Below are positions 37,216 to 48,929 of a DNA stretch of 64,000 nt, one piece after another. Location: positions 4,630,747 to 4,694,746 of the forward strand of contig CAJINV010000001.1 in assembly GCA_905178155.1 (NCBI GenBank), in the 5' to 3' direction. The stretch comes from Amoebophrya sp. A120. Taxonomy: Eukaryota; Protista; Dinoflagellata. Numbering within the stretch: the stretch's first letter is position 1; every line of letters begins with the position of its first letter. The notes beneath the pieces were generated by a model, which saw only the letters and a program-made list of their open reading frames with translations, was not told the origin of the DNA and ran no database searches. Made by a program: the position numbers and the translations under genes.

Positions 37216-39023
37216 ATGCGGTTCGGTCTTTTTATACCGCTTGTCTTCCGCATCACAAATGCTGCTAGCGATACCGGGTTCTCCTACGACTACAGCAGAC
37301 ATGGGGCCGACTGGGTCGCGGGCATGTGCTCCTCTACCGAGCGGCAGAGCCCCGTCGCGCTCACGACCGCCGGGCTGGCCCCGACGGGCAATCTCGTGTA
37401 CAATTACATATCGGACATGGAGCACGGGTTCCCGATGCTGAATAACGGACATACCATCACCGCGGACTTCATGGGCCTCGGCGTAGGGGGTCTGGCGTAT
37501 AACAACGGGTGGTACAATATGCACAGGAAAATATAAACCCATCCACATCCAATTTGTCATGCAAAACACGTATCAAGTCACGTGTTTGTCATGCAATAAA
37601 TGGATTTGGATGGGTTTTTCTTTTTTTCTGTGGATATACAATCTTCTGTCCGTAAACTTCCACAGCCCCAGCGAACACGTGTACGACGGGCAGCACTTCC
37701 CGCTGGAGGCGCATTTGGTTCACAAACGGTCGGACAGCGACCACTTAGTCATCGTTGCCGTTCCCTTCAGCGGGGAGTCAGGCAGCGCCGGGTCGTCAGG
37801 CAGTAGCGCGGGAGGAGGTGCGGCGGGAAGTGCAACGGCGTTTCTGGAAAAAAGACGAGAGGTTGTCGCTCACGCGAACAAGGACAACTTTTTGGAAGAA
37901 GAGTTGTCAACTTCATCCACTGCGAGAAGAAAGCAGTCGGCGGGGTCCCTGCTCGCTTCGTTTGGGTTAGGCATTCCGGCCAACGTCGGCCAGACCATGT
38001 TCGCGGCGCCACCCGTGGATTTTGCGCAGTTTTATGGTGAAGGCGGGGAGTTTGTCGAGTACGGCGGCAGCTTGACCGCGCCTCCCTGTGCAGAGACCGC
38101 AACGTGGTTCGTTCGTAAAGAGCCGGTTGCAGGTAAAACTGTAGAAGTTTGTGCGGTCTGCAACTTCTATGTGAAGATGCGCCTACGTAAAAATCGTGAT
38201 TTACATTCATTATCATAATTCTACTCACCTGTCCGGCGTGAAGAACCACGAATGACTCTGGTAAAATTTACCACCACCTCAAGAATATCCCAGGCGCCGA
38301 AGCGGACGTACCAAAGTTCGCGACCGCGATATTACAGTGAAAAGTGCCCCCCACCCCCAAAGTGGCAAAAATTTGTGATGCGAAGTTTCCAAATGAAACC
38401 TTTTTGTCATGCATGAAAGAAATATGAATATTTCTGATGCAGATTCTAGTGGTGTTTAGCATCGCTTGCATGACAAGCACCGCTCTCGCTGGGATCTTTT
38501 GCAATGCAAATTTTTGCTATTCACGATCGGAAATCTGTGATGCTGATACATGCAAGAGGGCGAATGTTTCATTTGGAAAGGTTTGCAATACAAATGCTTT
38601 CAAGTTCGGGGGTGGGGGCGTTTTTCATTGTAATACGCGATCATGCAGATGACGAACGGGCAGGGTAACAACCGACAGCCGATGCCTCTGAACGGGCGAC
38701 CGGTGGCGCTCCGCACCGCCGTGCAGGAAAACCCACCGGCCGCGCAGCCGCCCGCCAGCATGTCCGCAAGTGGGTCGCAGTCGGAGGGGGAAAAGCAGTC
38801 GCAGCGCGAGTACCAGGCACTGATGTGGGCGAAGGAGGCGATGGAGGAGGCGAAGGCAGCGAAGGAATACGTGAAAACCCTCGACGACAAACTGCGCGCA
38901 TCCACGCCGGTGGATCCAACAACCGGGTCCAGTCCGGCTGCCGCGGCAGCGCCCGCTGCCGCCCCGACGGCGGCAGTAGTCACGGACGTGTCCCAGGTCG
39001 CGACGCCCATTCAGGCCAGGTAA
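37216..39023 (+). CDS. Alpha-carbonic anhydrase-like protein, probable signal peptide
   Basis: YDYSRHGADW, RQSPVAL, NNGHTI, NFHSPSEH..LEAHLVH, YGGSLTAPPCAETATWFV, NNRQPMPLNGR. Two TIR elements and one GT-AG intron (~38133-38293); the 3' end could continue past a GT at 39020. Confidence 0.88.
37518..37636. mobile_element. Minimal TIR intron element (119 bp)
   Basis: TATGCACAGGAAAATATAAACCCATCCA...TGGATGGGTTTTTCTTTTTTTCTGTGGATA; DR TACAA; spliced GWYN/LLSVNFH. Confidence 0.9.
38330..38635. mobile_element. TIR intron element, family C (306 bp)
   Basis: TATTACAGTGAAAAGTGCCCCCCACCCC...GGGGTGGGGGCGTTTTTCATTGTAATA; DR CGCGA; spliced ATA/IMQMTNG. Confidence 0.93.
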
Positions 39024-39810
39024 AAGGGGAAGACTCTCGGTCATATGGAGTAGACATTGTTTTCTTTTCCATCTTTATTTCCGATCAGGAATCGCAAATG
39101 AAATACGAATACCAGCAGCGACGAGGTGCTGCTGCTGTTGTGTGTGGTGGGGCGACACGAAAAACCTCATAAGTATGCTCCATAAACCTAGCAGAGCAGG
39201 TGCTGTTTTTGTTCTAGTACATGGCAAAATAATCCAACCAGATTGATGCACGAGTGGTCAATATCGGAAAGCCAAAGGCAGAAAGTGTAGATTTGAAAAC
39301 TGCGGTATCGTGGTGCATCGGTAATTGGAGACTTCGGCATGTGAATTTCTTAAGCGAGCAAAGAGCATCTGGATGCTCATCGGTTACTTTTTTCGGACGT
39401 CATAGATAAATTCGAATTGTTGTGCCTCTGTTCCAAGACGAAGGTTCTGGGGAATAGCATCGCGTCCTTTTGCGGCAAGTGTACTTCATCGCGATTGATG
39501 AGTCCCTACATGACATTGACACCAGGCAACTTTGTAGTTACAGAAAGATCGTCCCCTATTTCCATTCGTTTTTCCTACCCAGACGCATTGCCCCGTCGTA
39601 AGTACAAGAACTTCCTTGTCGCAGTTTACTCACATATGGTGCATACTCTTCCCGCACTTACCAGTGATTCTTTCCCGAGCTTTGCTTGAATGTTAAGTAC
39701 TTATAGACCTTCACCTTTTGTTTCCTTGTGAGAAGACTCCGTGCTGCGCCGCCTCTTTTTCGAGCTCTAGATGTCGGCGAGTGAAGATTTTTTGTGACCC
39801 ACAAAAGAAC

Positions 39811-42239
39811 ATGAAAGGAACTACGGCTGCAGTCCCACCCCGAGCCCCTTTTGCCGGTTTTCGGTTTTACCTGAAGCTATGTTTGGTCTACTCCACCCTG
39901 TTTGTCCTCCTCCCGTTCTACTTCCTCGTCCCACCGCTGGAGCAGAGCTTCTACCTCTTGCTGCTTTTCAACCTCATCCCGCTGATAACCACCCATGTGT
40001 GGTTTTGGATCCATATTCTCGGCACGGTACCGCTGTTGATTCTCCTCTTTCCCATGTTTGCTTTACTCCACCCGGAATGGGACGCGGCCATCCTTTTCGA
40101 GGGCGCGGCGCCGGCGCAGCTTCCGGTGATTTACTTCCACCCAGACCTCGCGGAAAGGTTGGATCACAAGCTCGCGTGGAGAAAAGCGCTGGAGGCAGAA
40201 CGAGTTCCCATGCCAGACTTGGTGGGAGTCCTGCAAATAGAAATCCGGAGAACTACTGGTGTCGACTTTAGATCTTCTGAGACGACGGAAGACAACGACG
40301 CCAGTAGTGCTGCCGGAATATTAAACGAGGATGAACGAGAGGACGACGAAATGGACGACTCTTCGGACCACCACTCTTACCTGGGTCTCTACGGAAGCCA
40401 CGACCACCACGACGTGTTTGACCACGCTAGCGGAAAGTACTTAACCTGTGTGCGGTTTCAGGACGCGCACGCATGGCGAAAAAATAGCAGAAGTGGTAGC
40501 GAAGGAGTAGATCGTGAAAAGCAGAAAGGTCAAACAGAAGCAACGGAAAAGAAGGAAATCGCAGGAGCAGCTGGTGCGCCACATCACCCGGCAGATGAGG
40601 GGCTGAAAATGATTGACCTTGAAAAGCAACTCGTGATCAAGCCGGACGTCGGGACGTTTGGCATCGGTGTGCAGGTCGAAAGTTTGCGAAACTTTCTGCA
40701 CGCTACCAAAAGTAAAAATGTCTGGGTCTGGAAACTTGTGATGCTGGGTGGCGTCTCATGATGAGGCTGCAAATGCTGGCTCAGCATGACAAGTTTCTGA
40801 GCTCCTAGGTGTTGCCTATTCTGCATGACAAACTGCGCTTCTGCATCACAGAAAAACGGAGCTCTTGGGCAACGTGCGTGACAGATTTAAGAGTCATGCC
40901 AGACAAGCATGACAAACATGAATTTTTCCAGACCCAGACACTTTTACATTTGATACACGCGCGGTTACTGCAAAAAGGCGTGTCTTTTGAGGAGAACATC
41001 GAGAAGAGCGGCGTTGCGGGAACATTGGAGAAGTTGGCGTGTCCTCCCCAGGTGGACGGTGTTCTTGCCGCTGCTGGTACAACTGCAGAAACTAGTCTGG
41101 TGGTCACGTCGCGCGAAACCTACATCATTGAAGAACTTTTGCACGACGCCGAGGACAGTTCACTGGCACGGACCTACCGGCTAACCACGATGATGGACCA
41201 TCGGCGCGGGGAGGGAAAGCAAGCCGTGACAGGAGACACGAAATCAGTACAGGACGTTGATGAACAGGAAGGCAATTTTTACGAAATGAAGAACACCGAA
41301 ATGCTAGAGAACAGCGACGCAAGTAGAACTCCTGCGACTTCATTACCCCGGGCCACTGCCGTGGGGCTTTTGCAGGTTGCGGATAAGGCTAGCAAGCAGG
41401 TGTCGAATCGCGGTGAAATCGAGGTTTTGGATCCGTCTACTGCGTTCGACGGCTCGAAGAAGGAGCTGTCCTACGAGACCACTCGCGACCAGGTGGTCCG
41501 GCTCCACAGTGCGTACTTTCCCCAAGCCCCCTCTATCGGCTGGGACCTGCTCTTCGACGCGAGTCGCGGCGGTTTCGTGGTGCTGGAGGGAAATCTCGGC
41601 GCCGGCATCTGCTGGCGAAACGCGGTCGCCTGTCCGAAGCTGTTAGCCACGGCGGACACGTTCTTTCGGGCCTTCTACCGGGAGCGGGTGGTGCCGAGAT
41701 TGAGAAAGCACGTCGCGCTGTATTTCGGGGTGTCGCCAGTGGAGAACGATTTGCGAGCTTTTTTCTCGACCATGGCCTTGATTTTAACCGTCAACGCGAT
41801 CGTTCTCACCGTGCCATTCACGGTCGTTTTCGCGTGTCGACGGCTAATGATCTGTGCGTGTCTGCCGATAACAACAGATCTCGATGAAAGCGGTCTAGAT
41901 GCGGACATCGAGAGCAATATCAACGATAGGGATGAAGTTCCTGAGGAAGACGGCGCAGCTTCGGTGAACAATCAGAAAGGTATCGTATCCATTGCGTACG
42001 TGCAGGGACGACCTTCCGCGCAGGACAGCGCTGCAGTCTGTTTTTGTTTCCCACGTATAGCGGGAATATTTTGTCGCAATTGCTTCTTGCTAACATGTGG
42101 TTTCCTTCACCGAGTTTTCAATTGTGGACCTAGTGTGCAGACAATAAAGATACCCTCCATGTGGTCCGACTTTCATTTCAAAAAAGTCGCCTCCCAAGAA
42201 GCAAACGACATAGAACTTGGAGCCTACGTTCGCGAGTAG
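39811..42239 (+). CDS. Membrane-anchored ATP-grasp fold protein (sugar-transfer-associated ATP-grasp-like)
   Basis: N-terminal hydrophobic helices; DHKLAWRKALEAERVPMP, LVIKPDVGTFGIGV, YIIEELL, IGWDLLFD..FVVLEGN; C-terminal hydrophobic helix; interrupted by TIR element 40704-40955. Confidence 0.7.
40704..40955. mobile_element. TIR intron element, family A (252 bp), starts TAC
   Basis: TACCAAAAGTAAAAATGTCTGGGTCTGGAAA...TTTCCAGACCCAGACACTTTTACATTTGATA; DR CACGC; spliced FLHA/RLLQ. Confidence 0.92.
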
Positions 42240-43117
42240 ATGAAACCGCTCTGAAATTTTTAGACGTAATATTTATAGTAGGGTAGTTACCGTGATTGAA
42301 CAACGATACAGAATACAAAGCTCAGATAGATACGCTTGTGGTCCTCATAGATTTTCTAATCCATGCTGATGCACATCTAACTGTATTTTAGTTGACGAGG
42401 GATGTCGAAATTCACTGCTACTTAAGGTAAGAACAATTCCATATCATAGTGCACACGAGAACCTCCACTCAAAAGTTCACCTAGAACATACGCATTAAGA
42501 CACATGAACCCAGTTCCATTTTCTCTGCGGCCTGTGCCGTTAGCTGGCCTGGTACAACAAACAGCATGAAAGAATATAGGAAAAAAGCACCTGCTTCTTT
42601 GAGCTTGAAAGCATACGAGTGCCTGCAAAGCTGTTCGAGTGAAAATCATCGCAACTCAGAAACTTTTTTTCCGTCGCAGTCGCAAACCGCCCTCGTCGTT
42701 TGCAACGAGAGAAAGATGCAAAGCTATTCTGATGAGAAACGCAAAATTGGCCCTTCTGTTTCTTTTTTGATAAATATGAAGTTGCGCGTTGACGCCGCGT
42801 TTAGTAGTGTTTTTTCATCCTATTCCTAGTTGCGCAAGCGCATGAATACGAGAGACGACCTACTTACCGCCGCACGCAATCGGACCTGAATCCAAACGAC
42901 AAACACGCCCAAGTAGTGGACATCATACCCTAGAGAGTTCCTGAGCCACCTCCGAAAGCACTTCTTTTGAAAGAAAAAAGGAAAAGGAAAACCCATTTCA
43001 CGAGGGAAGAATTCCATGAATTCCAAAGTATACAACTTGCGATCTTAGAAAGGGTGAGATATGACTTAGACAGAGAAGCTCTTCGCTAGATTTGATTTAG
43101 AAATTAGTAAAATAAAG

Positions 43118-46100
43118 ATGCAGAATAACATGTCAAATTTCAACTACGGGGACTTCCTCGCGTCCTGCGAAGAGGAGTTACTGAACGCCGACAGTATCGA
43201 CGTGTCTCTCGACCGCGTGAGTCAAGTCACAGTGGGTACCAGCAAAGCGTCCTCCTCTGTCAGCCGGGTTCGGCTGCACGTCAGCAGCAGGCGGAACAGC
43301 GTCGTGTCCACAACCGTCAGCGAGTCGTTGGACGTGCGGTACAGGACGGCGTTGTTGGAAGATGATGAGTGCGGCTCCGAAAGTGAAGACGAGGAGGAGA
43401 TCGGACAAAGATCCTCCCGGTACGTCACCGTCGCTGCCGCGGGAACAACGGTATAGGATTTTGCATTTAAGTACGTACTTTATGAATGTCATTTTTAGCA
43501 GGCGGTTCGTGTCGCTTTCGGGCAGTGACTGAAAGAAATAATTGGAAGAAAACATCATGTTCGTGTTTGAGATGAAAACAGTAAAACCAGAAGACCAATA
43601 AAAATGATCCCTATACCATAGGTATGCGCCCGCTCTTCTGCCGCAGAGAACAACGACGACGGCGGCACAACAAGCGCCATCGCATCACGCGACGCCAATG
43701 CGAGCATGCGATTAGAAAACCTTACCTTAACCCCCTCCTTGCTCCCGGTGTTCGCGGCCTACATCGGCACCGCGGTGAAATCGCTCGCCAGTTCGCTGCC
43801 GGCGCCCGCGTTGACCGCCATCAACCAGTTGCCGATGAAGGTCTCCGGCTTTTCGCCCACGGATTTCGACGCCACGGTGGTCGGGCACGAGTTGCAGACG
43901 CACGTCGGGCTACTCTCCCTCGCCTCCTCCGTCGGGTTTATCGGTTCCCTGCGCGGCTTGAACAACATGAAAACCGCGAAGCAGGGCAACTACATGGGCA
44001 TGGCGGCTACCGCGATGGGGATCCTCTCCGTCCTCGCCAGTCCCGGATTCGGCGCGCACTACGGCCGCTTCCTCGCCTGCTTCCTCGCGGCGGGCGGCGT
44101 GGGCTACACCGTCGCGGAGTCCGTCGCCATGGAGGAGATGCCGCAGCTAGTCGCGGGCTTCCACTCCTTCGTCGGCCTCGCGGCCGCGCTCGTCGGCTTC
44201 GCAAACCACTTCGACGGCGGCGCGATCACCGGCTTGCAACTGCTGGAAGAGTACCTGGGCGTGGGCATCGGGGCCCTGACCTTCACCGGGTCGGTTGTCG
44301 CGGCGGGCAAGCTATCAAATGTAAAAATGTCTGGGTCTGGAAGAATGCGAGATTTGTCATGCACGTTTTGCATGAGCCATGATGTCTGTGATGGATATAC
44401 CCTAGCAATAGAGATTTTTTGAAGGCTTCTTGATGCCTATTCCGCATGACAAATGCCTTCTCAGCGTAGCAAAAATTGCATTCCCTTTGGTACTCATGCA
44501 ATACAGATTTTTTTGGAATCTCAATGTAGCATCACAAGTTGCATTCTTCCAGACCCAGACATTTTTACATTTGATACAAGTTGCACGGATCAATCAGCGG
44601 CGCACCGGTGATTTTGGACCAGAGGTGGACGTTGAACGGGATGGCATTCGCCGCGTCCGCGCTGATGGGCCTGCTGTACATCCAGGGCGGCGGCCACACG
44701 ACGTACCTGGTGTTGAACGCGCTGGCCTGGGCGGGCTTGGGGGTCAACATGGTGATGCCGGTCGGTGGGGCGGACATGCCGGTGGTGGTCTCCCTGTTGA
44801 ATTCCTTTTCCGGTATTGCCACGTCCGCCGCGGGCTTCATGCTCCGAAACGACTTGCTCACCATCACGGGTGCGCTCGTCGCTTCCTCCGGTGCGCTGTT
44901 GTCCAGCATTATGTGCAAGGGGATCAATCGGAGTCTCGCGAACGTCCTGCTCGGCGGCTTTGGCACGGACGGCAGCAGTGTGCCCTCGGGCGGCGCCAGC
45001 GGGTCCGGTGGTCCGCAGGGCCAGCACCGCGAAATGTCGCACGACGCGTGCGCGCAGGCGCTGTGTGAGGCGAAGCGCATCGTCATCGTGCCGGGGTACG
45101 GACTCGCGGTCGCGCGCGCGCAGCAGAAATTGCAAGAGTTGGTCTCTACCCTCCGTGCGATGAAGAAGACGGTGCACTTCGCGATCCACCCGGTGGCTGG
45201 CCGGTTGCCGGGACACATGAATGTGTTGCTCGCGGAGGCGAACGTGCCCTACGAAATCGTGCGCGAGATGGACGAAATTAACGACGTGATCACCAGTTAC
45301 GATGTGGCGATCGTGATCGGGGCGAATGACATTGTATTTTTTTGCTACAAGAACGCGTTTTAGTGGTTTTGATTCTTTGACATTCTGGTCGATCATGTAT
45401 GAACAATTTTATTTGCATCTCGACCACAGGTTAACCCAGCTACCGTTTCCGACACGAGTTCCCCTATTTACGGCATGCCGGCGATCGAGATTTGGAAAAT
45501 CCCGCGTTGCATCGTGCTCAAGCGGTCGATGGCCACGGGCTACTCCGGCGTGGAAAACCCGCTGTTCTATCTGGACAACGTGCGCATGCTGTTTGGCGAT
45601 GCCCGCGCCAGCACGGAGCAGCTGGTCACCATGGTCAACGAGAAGAAGCAGAACCACCAGGGCAGCAAGACGCAGCCGGAGCCGGAGAGCGAGGAGGAAA
45701 CGCTCGAGTTTTTGAACCGCGACGAGGAAAAGAACTTTCCGGAACCCAACAAGGTCCTGGGCATTCTCAAGGAGAACGCCGCGGACGGCAAGGAAAAGCG
45801 CGTCAGCGTTACCCCGAACGTGATCCCGAAGCTGCGGAAACTGGGCTTCAAGTTGGTCATGGAGTCCGGTGCGGGCGAGCAGTCCAACTACCCGAATTCC
45901 AGTTACGTGGAAAAAGGAGTGGAAGTCCTCCAAAGTCGCGACGAGGTGTTCAAGCAGGCCAATGTGGTTCTGCAGGTACAGATGTATGAGATCATATCTT
46001 CTTATGTTTTGTGTTTTGATTTAGCGATTTTCATTTTTGGTTGAACAAATCTCCACCCGCCTTTTTATCTTCATGTAAGAACTAGGGTTGCGATTCTTGT

Positions 46101-47747
46101 CTCGCGTTTTATCATCCCCAGGTTTCCGAGCCGCTCCCCGAGGACCTGCAGAAGTTGTCGAAGTCCCAAATTTGCGTGTCTATTTGGGGAATGTACGGCA
46201 AGGAGTCCATCATCGAGCAGACCCGGGCGAACCCCACGCGCCCGACGCTGTTCAACATGGCGTTGATTCCGCGGATTTCCCGGGCGCAGGCGCTCGACGT
46301 GCTCACGTCCATGGCCAACATCGCCGGCTATCGTGCGGTGCTGGACGCGTTCCGGTTCTTCCCGAAGTTCGCGAAGCCCTCCACGACCGCGAGCGGGAAC
46401 ACCCCGCCGGCGAAGGTGTTCATCGTGGGTGCCGGCGTCGCGGGGTTGTCCGCTATCGCCACCGCGCACGGCTTGGGCGCCAAGGTGTTCGCTTCCGACG
46501 TCCGATCCGCTGCGAAGGAGCAGGTGGAGTCCATGGGCGCGGAGTTCGTCGAGGTGCAGGGCATGATCCAGGGCGAGGGTGCTGGCGGCTACGCGCGCGA
46601 TATGGGGGAGGAGTTTAAGGAACGGCAGAAACAGCTGTACGCCAAGATGTGCAAGGAGTGCGACATTGTGGTCACGACCGCCTTGATCCCCGGCCGCGCG
46701 GCGCCAGTGGTGGTGACAGAGGAAATGGTGCTGTCGATGAAACGGGGAAGTGTCATCGTCGACCTGGCTGCGTTGAACGGTACTTACTATTATGTGACTG
46801 GACGATGACGTTCCATTTTTTCATTAATTCTCCTAACCGGATAGAAGCATCTGGCTCTCGTTTTCACAAATAGTTGTGTGTGACAAGCTGTCAAGCATGT
46901 GCTTCTGTTTCAGCAGAAATCTCAAGAGCGTAAAAATCTCTTGTAATCTTTTCGTTCCCCAACCCCAGGTGGTAACTGCGAGCTGACCCAGAAGGACGAA
47001 GAGGTTGTTTCTGAGAATGGTGTGACCATCATCGGCAAGACCAACTACCCTTCGGAGATGGCGCCGCAGGCCAGCGACTTTCTGGCGCGCAACTTCTACG
47101 CTTTCTTGGATGTGTTGTGCAACAGCGACCCGACCCACCAATTGAAGAGGTTGAATATGGAGGACCAGGTCATCCGTGACTCCGTCGTCGTCTACGAGGG
47201 CGCTTTGATGTACCCGCCGCCGAAGCAGCCCGAGCCGGTCCAGCCGAAGGCGGCCGCGGCGGTGATGAACAATGCGAGCGAGTTGGCCAACGCGGAGATG
47301 AACAATGCGGCCGAGACCCTCCCGCCGGGCATGCTGATGACGGTGTTGGACTGGATCGGCGAGCACAGTGAGGAGCTGGCCATGTTCCTCGGCACTGGCT
47401 TCCTCCTCGCGGTCGGGTTGGGGACCAACATCCCGCCGGAGGAAATCACGCACCTGGGGTACTTCGTGCTCAGTCTGATGATCGGGAACTTCACCGTCGC
47501 CTCCGTTACCCCGGCGTTGCACACGCCCCTGATCTCCGTCACGAACGCGATTTCCGGCATCATCGTCATCGGCGGGATGCTGCAGCTCGGCGGCCCGCTG
47601 CTGTCCGCAAAGGTGGCTTCGGCGATGCTGGCGATCTTTTTCTCCTCCGTCAACATCGTCGGCGGGTTCGCGGTTACCGCAAGGATGCTCAACATGTTCC
47701 GGTCCGAAACTTCGAATCCACCAAGCCGACAGGCCAGTCGGCAGTGA
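43118..47747 (+). CDS. NNT: NAD(P) transhydrogenase, single-chain beta-alpha order
   Basis: EEMPQLVAGFHSFVGLAA, TFTGSVVAAGKL, GGADMPVVVSLLNS, IVPGYGLAVARAQ, HPVAGRLPGHMNVLLAEA, then EKRVSVTP, GAGVAGLSAI, TPALHTPLISVTNAISG. GT-AG introns (e.g. 43451-43621) plus TIR element 44313-44576. Inclusion of the first exon is inferred from an in-frame splice. Confidence 0.95.
44313..44576. mobile_element. TIR intron element, family A (264 bp)
   Basis: 34-bp perfect TIR TATCAAATGTAAAAATGTCTGGGTCTGGAAGAAT; DR CAAGC/CAAGT; spliced AAGK/LHG in a conserved motif. Confidence 0.95.
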
Positions 47748-48929
47748 GGAAAGACCCGACTTCTTGGGTCCAAACTTCAGCAGGCTTACGCAGCAACTTT
47801 TGATTATTGCGACTACTTACTCTTACACGACTTCTTCTTCATCCAGCAAGCGACAAGTAAATTTTCCTCGAATCTTCGGAAGCTGCGAGAACATCTCTCG
47901 ACGAACGCTTTTGCACCCCTTGTGCCCCGCAGATGAAGTTTTTTTACGTTCCTAGAACAGAAAGTAGTAAACCAGTAGATTGATTATACCTTTTGTTCGC
48001 ATAAGAATATCCTTCAACGGCGACTTTTCGTTTTCCCACCTGAACCGAAATACCAAGTATGCAAGTATGAATTTTCTTGGAATTATCAAATTTTATATGA
48101 TACTTTGATATCATTGGAATATCATCAATTTTGACGACAATTTGGGCGAACTTTACTTTGACGGTCCTGGTTTCTCAGACCGAGCGCGAAAAATGCAGTA
48201 CAGTAAAAGGTAGACTGTTTATTTAGATGAGCAGTAAAATAGATTCTCGACCACCTAGAACTTACCCTATCCGTGTCCAGAGCAAAATATTTCCGGAACT
48301 TCCTACTTTGTTTGGAGCTAGCACAGTTTTTCAGCGGCGTGCTGGTTTCACCCTATCTACGAGAACTCGAGAACTCTTTTCTCATCTTTTTAGCGAACTT
48401 TCTTTTCCGCGCGCGACCCGAAATATCTTTTCGTCTCCTTTGATCGATGAAGACGGTACTCAGACTCGGACCCCTCCACTGATCCGAACCGCGTGCGAAG
48501 ACTTTTACCGGAGAAGCGAGTAACCAGAAGGCCGCGCTACGTGGTACAGCCGATAAGTTTTTGTCAGTGGACGCTTCGAGGATGTTCCTCTTCCACCCGC
48601 ACATGATATGGTTGCAAAGAGCGCCCCGGATCAAAGCGAACTGAAATTCTTGAAAAGCGATCTTTCTGTCGTTTGCTTGAAAGGTATTTTTGTCGTCTCG
48701 GCAGTATCGTACTTCTACTTACTTGTAGATAGTTCGTTGTGCCTCAGCTTCTGGTCGTGTCCTCATCAGTTTTGCAGCAATCTTCTGGTCTGTACTAGCG
48801 GTATTTAACAAACATTGAAAGAACAATGTGAAATACGCTTGCCCCCGATTCTTGCGATTTTTTTCTTATTTCTAAACTTTTGTATTCGTCTCACCAACAC
48901 CCCATACGAAAAACACACGTTTCAAAAAC

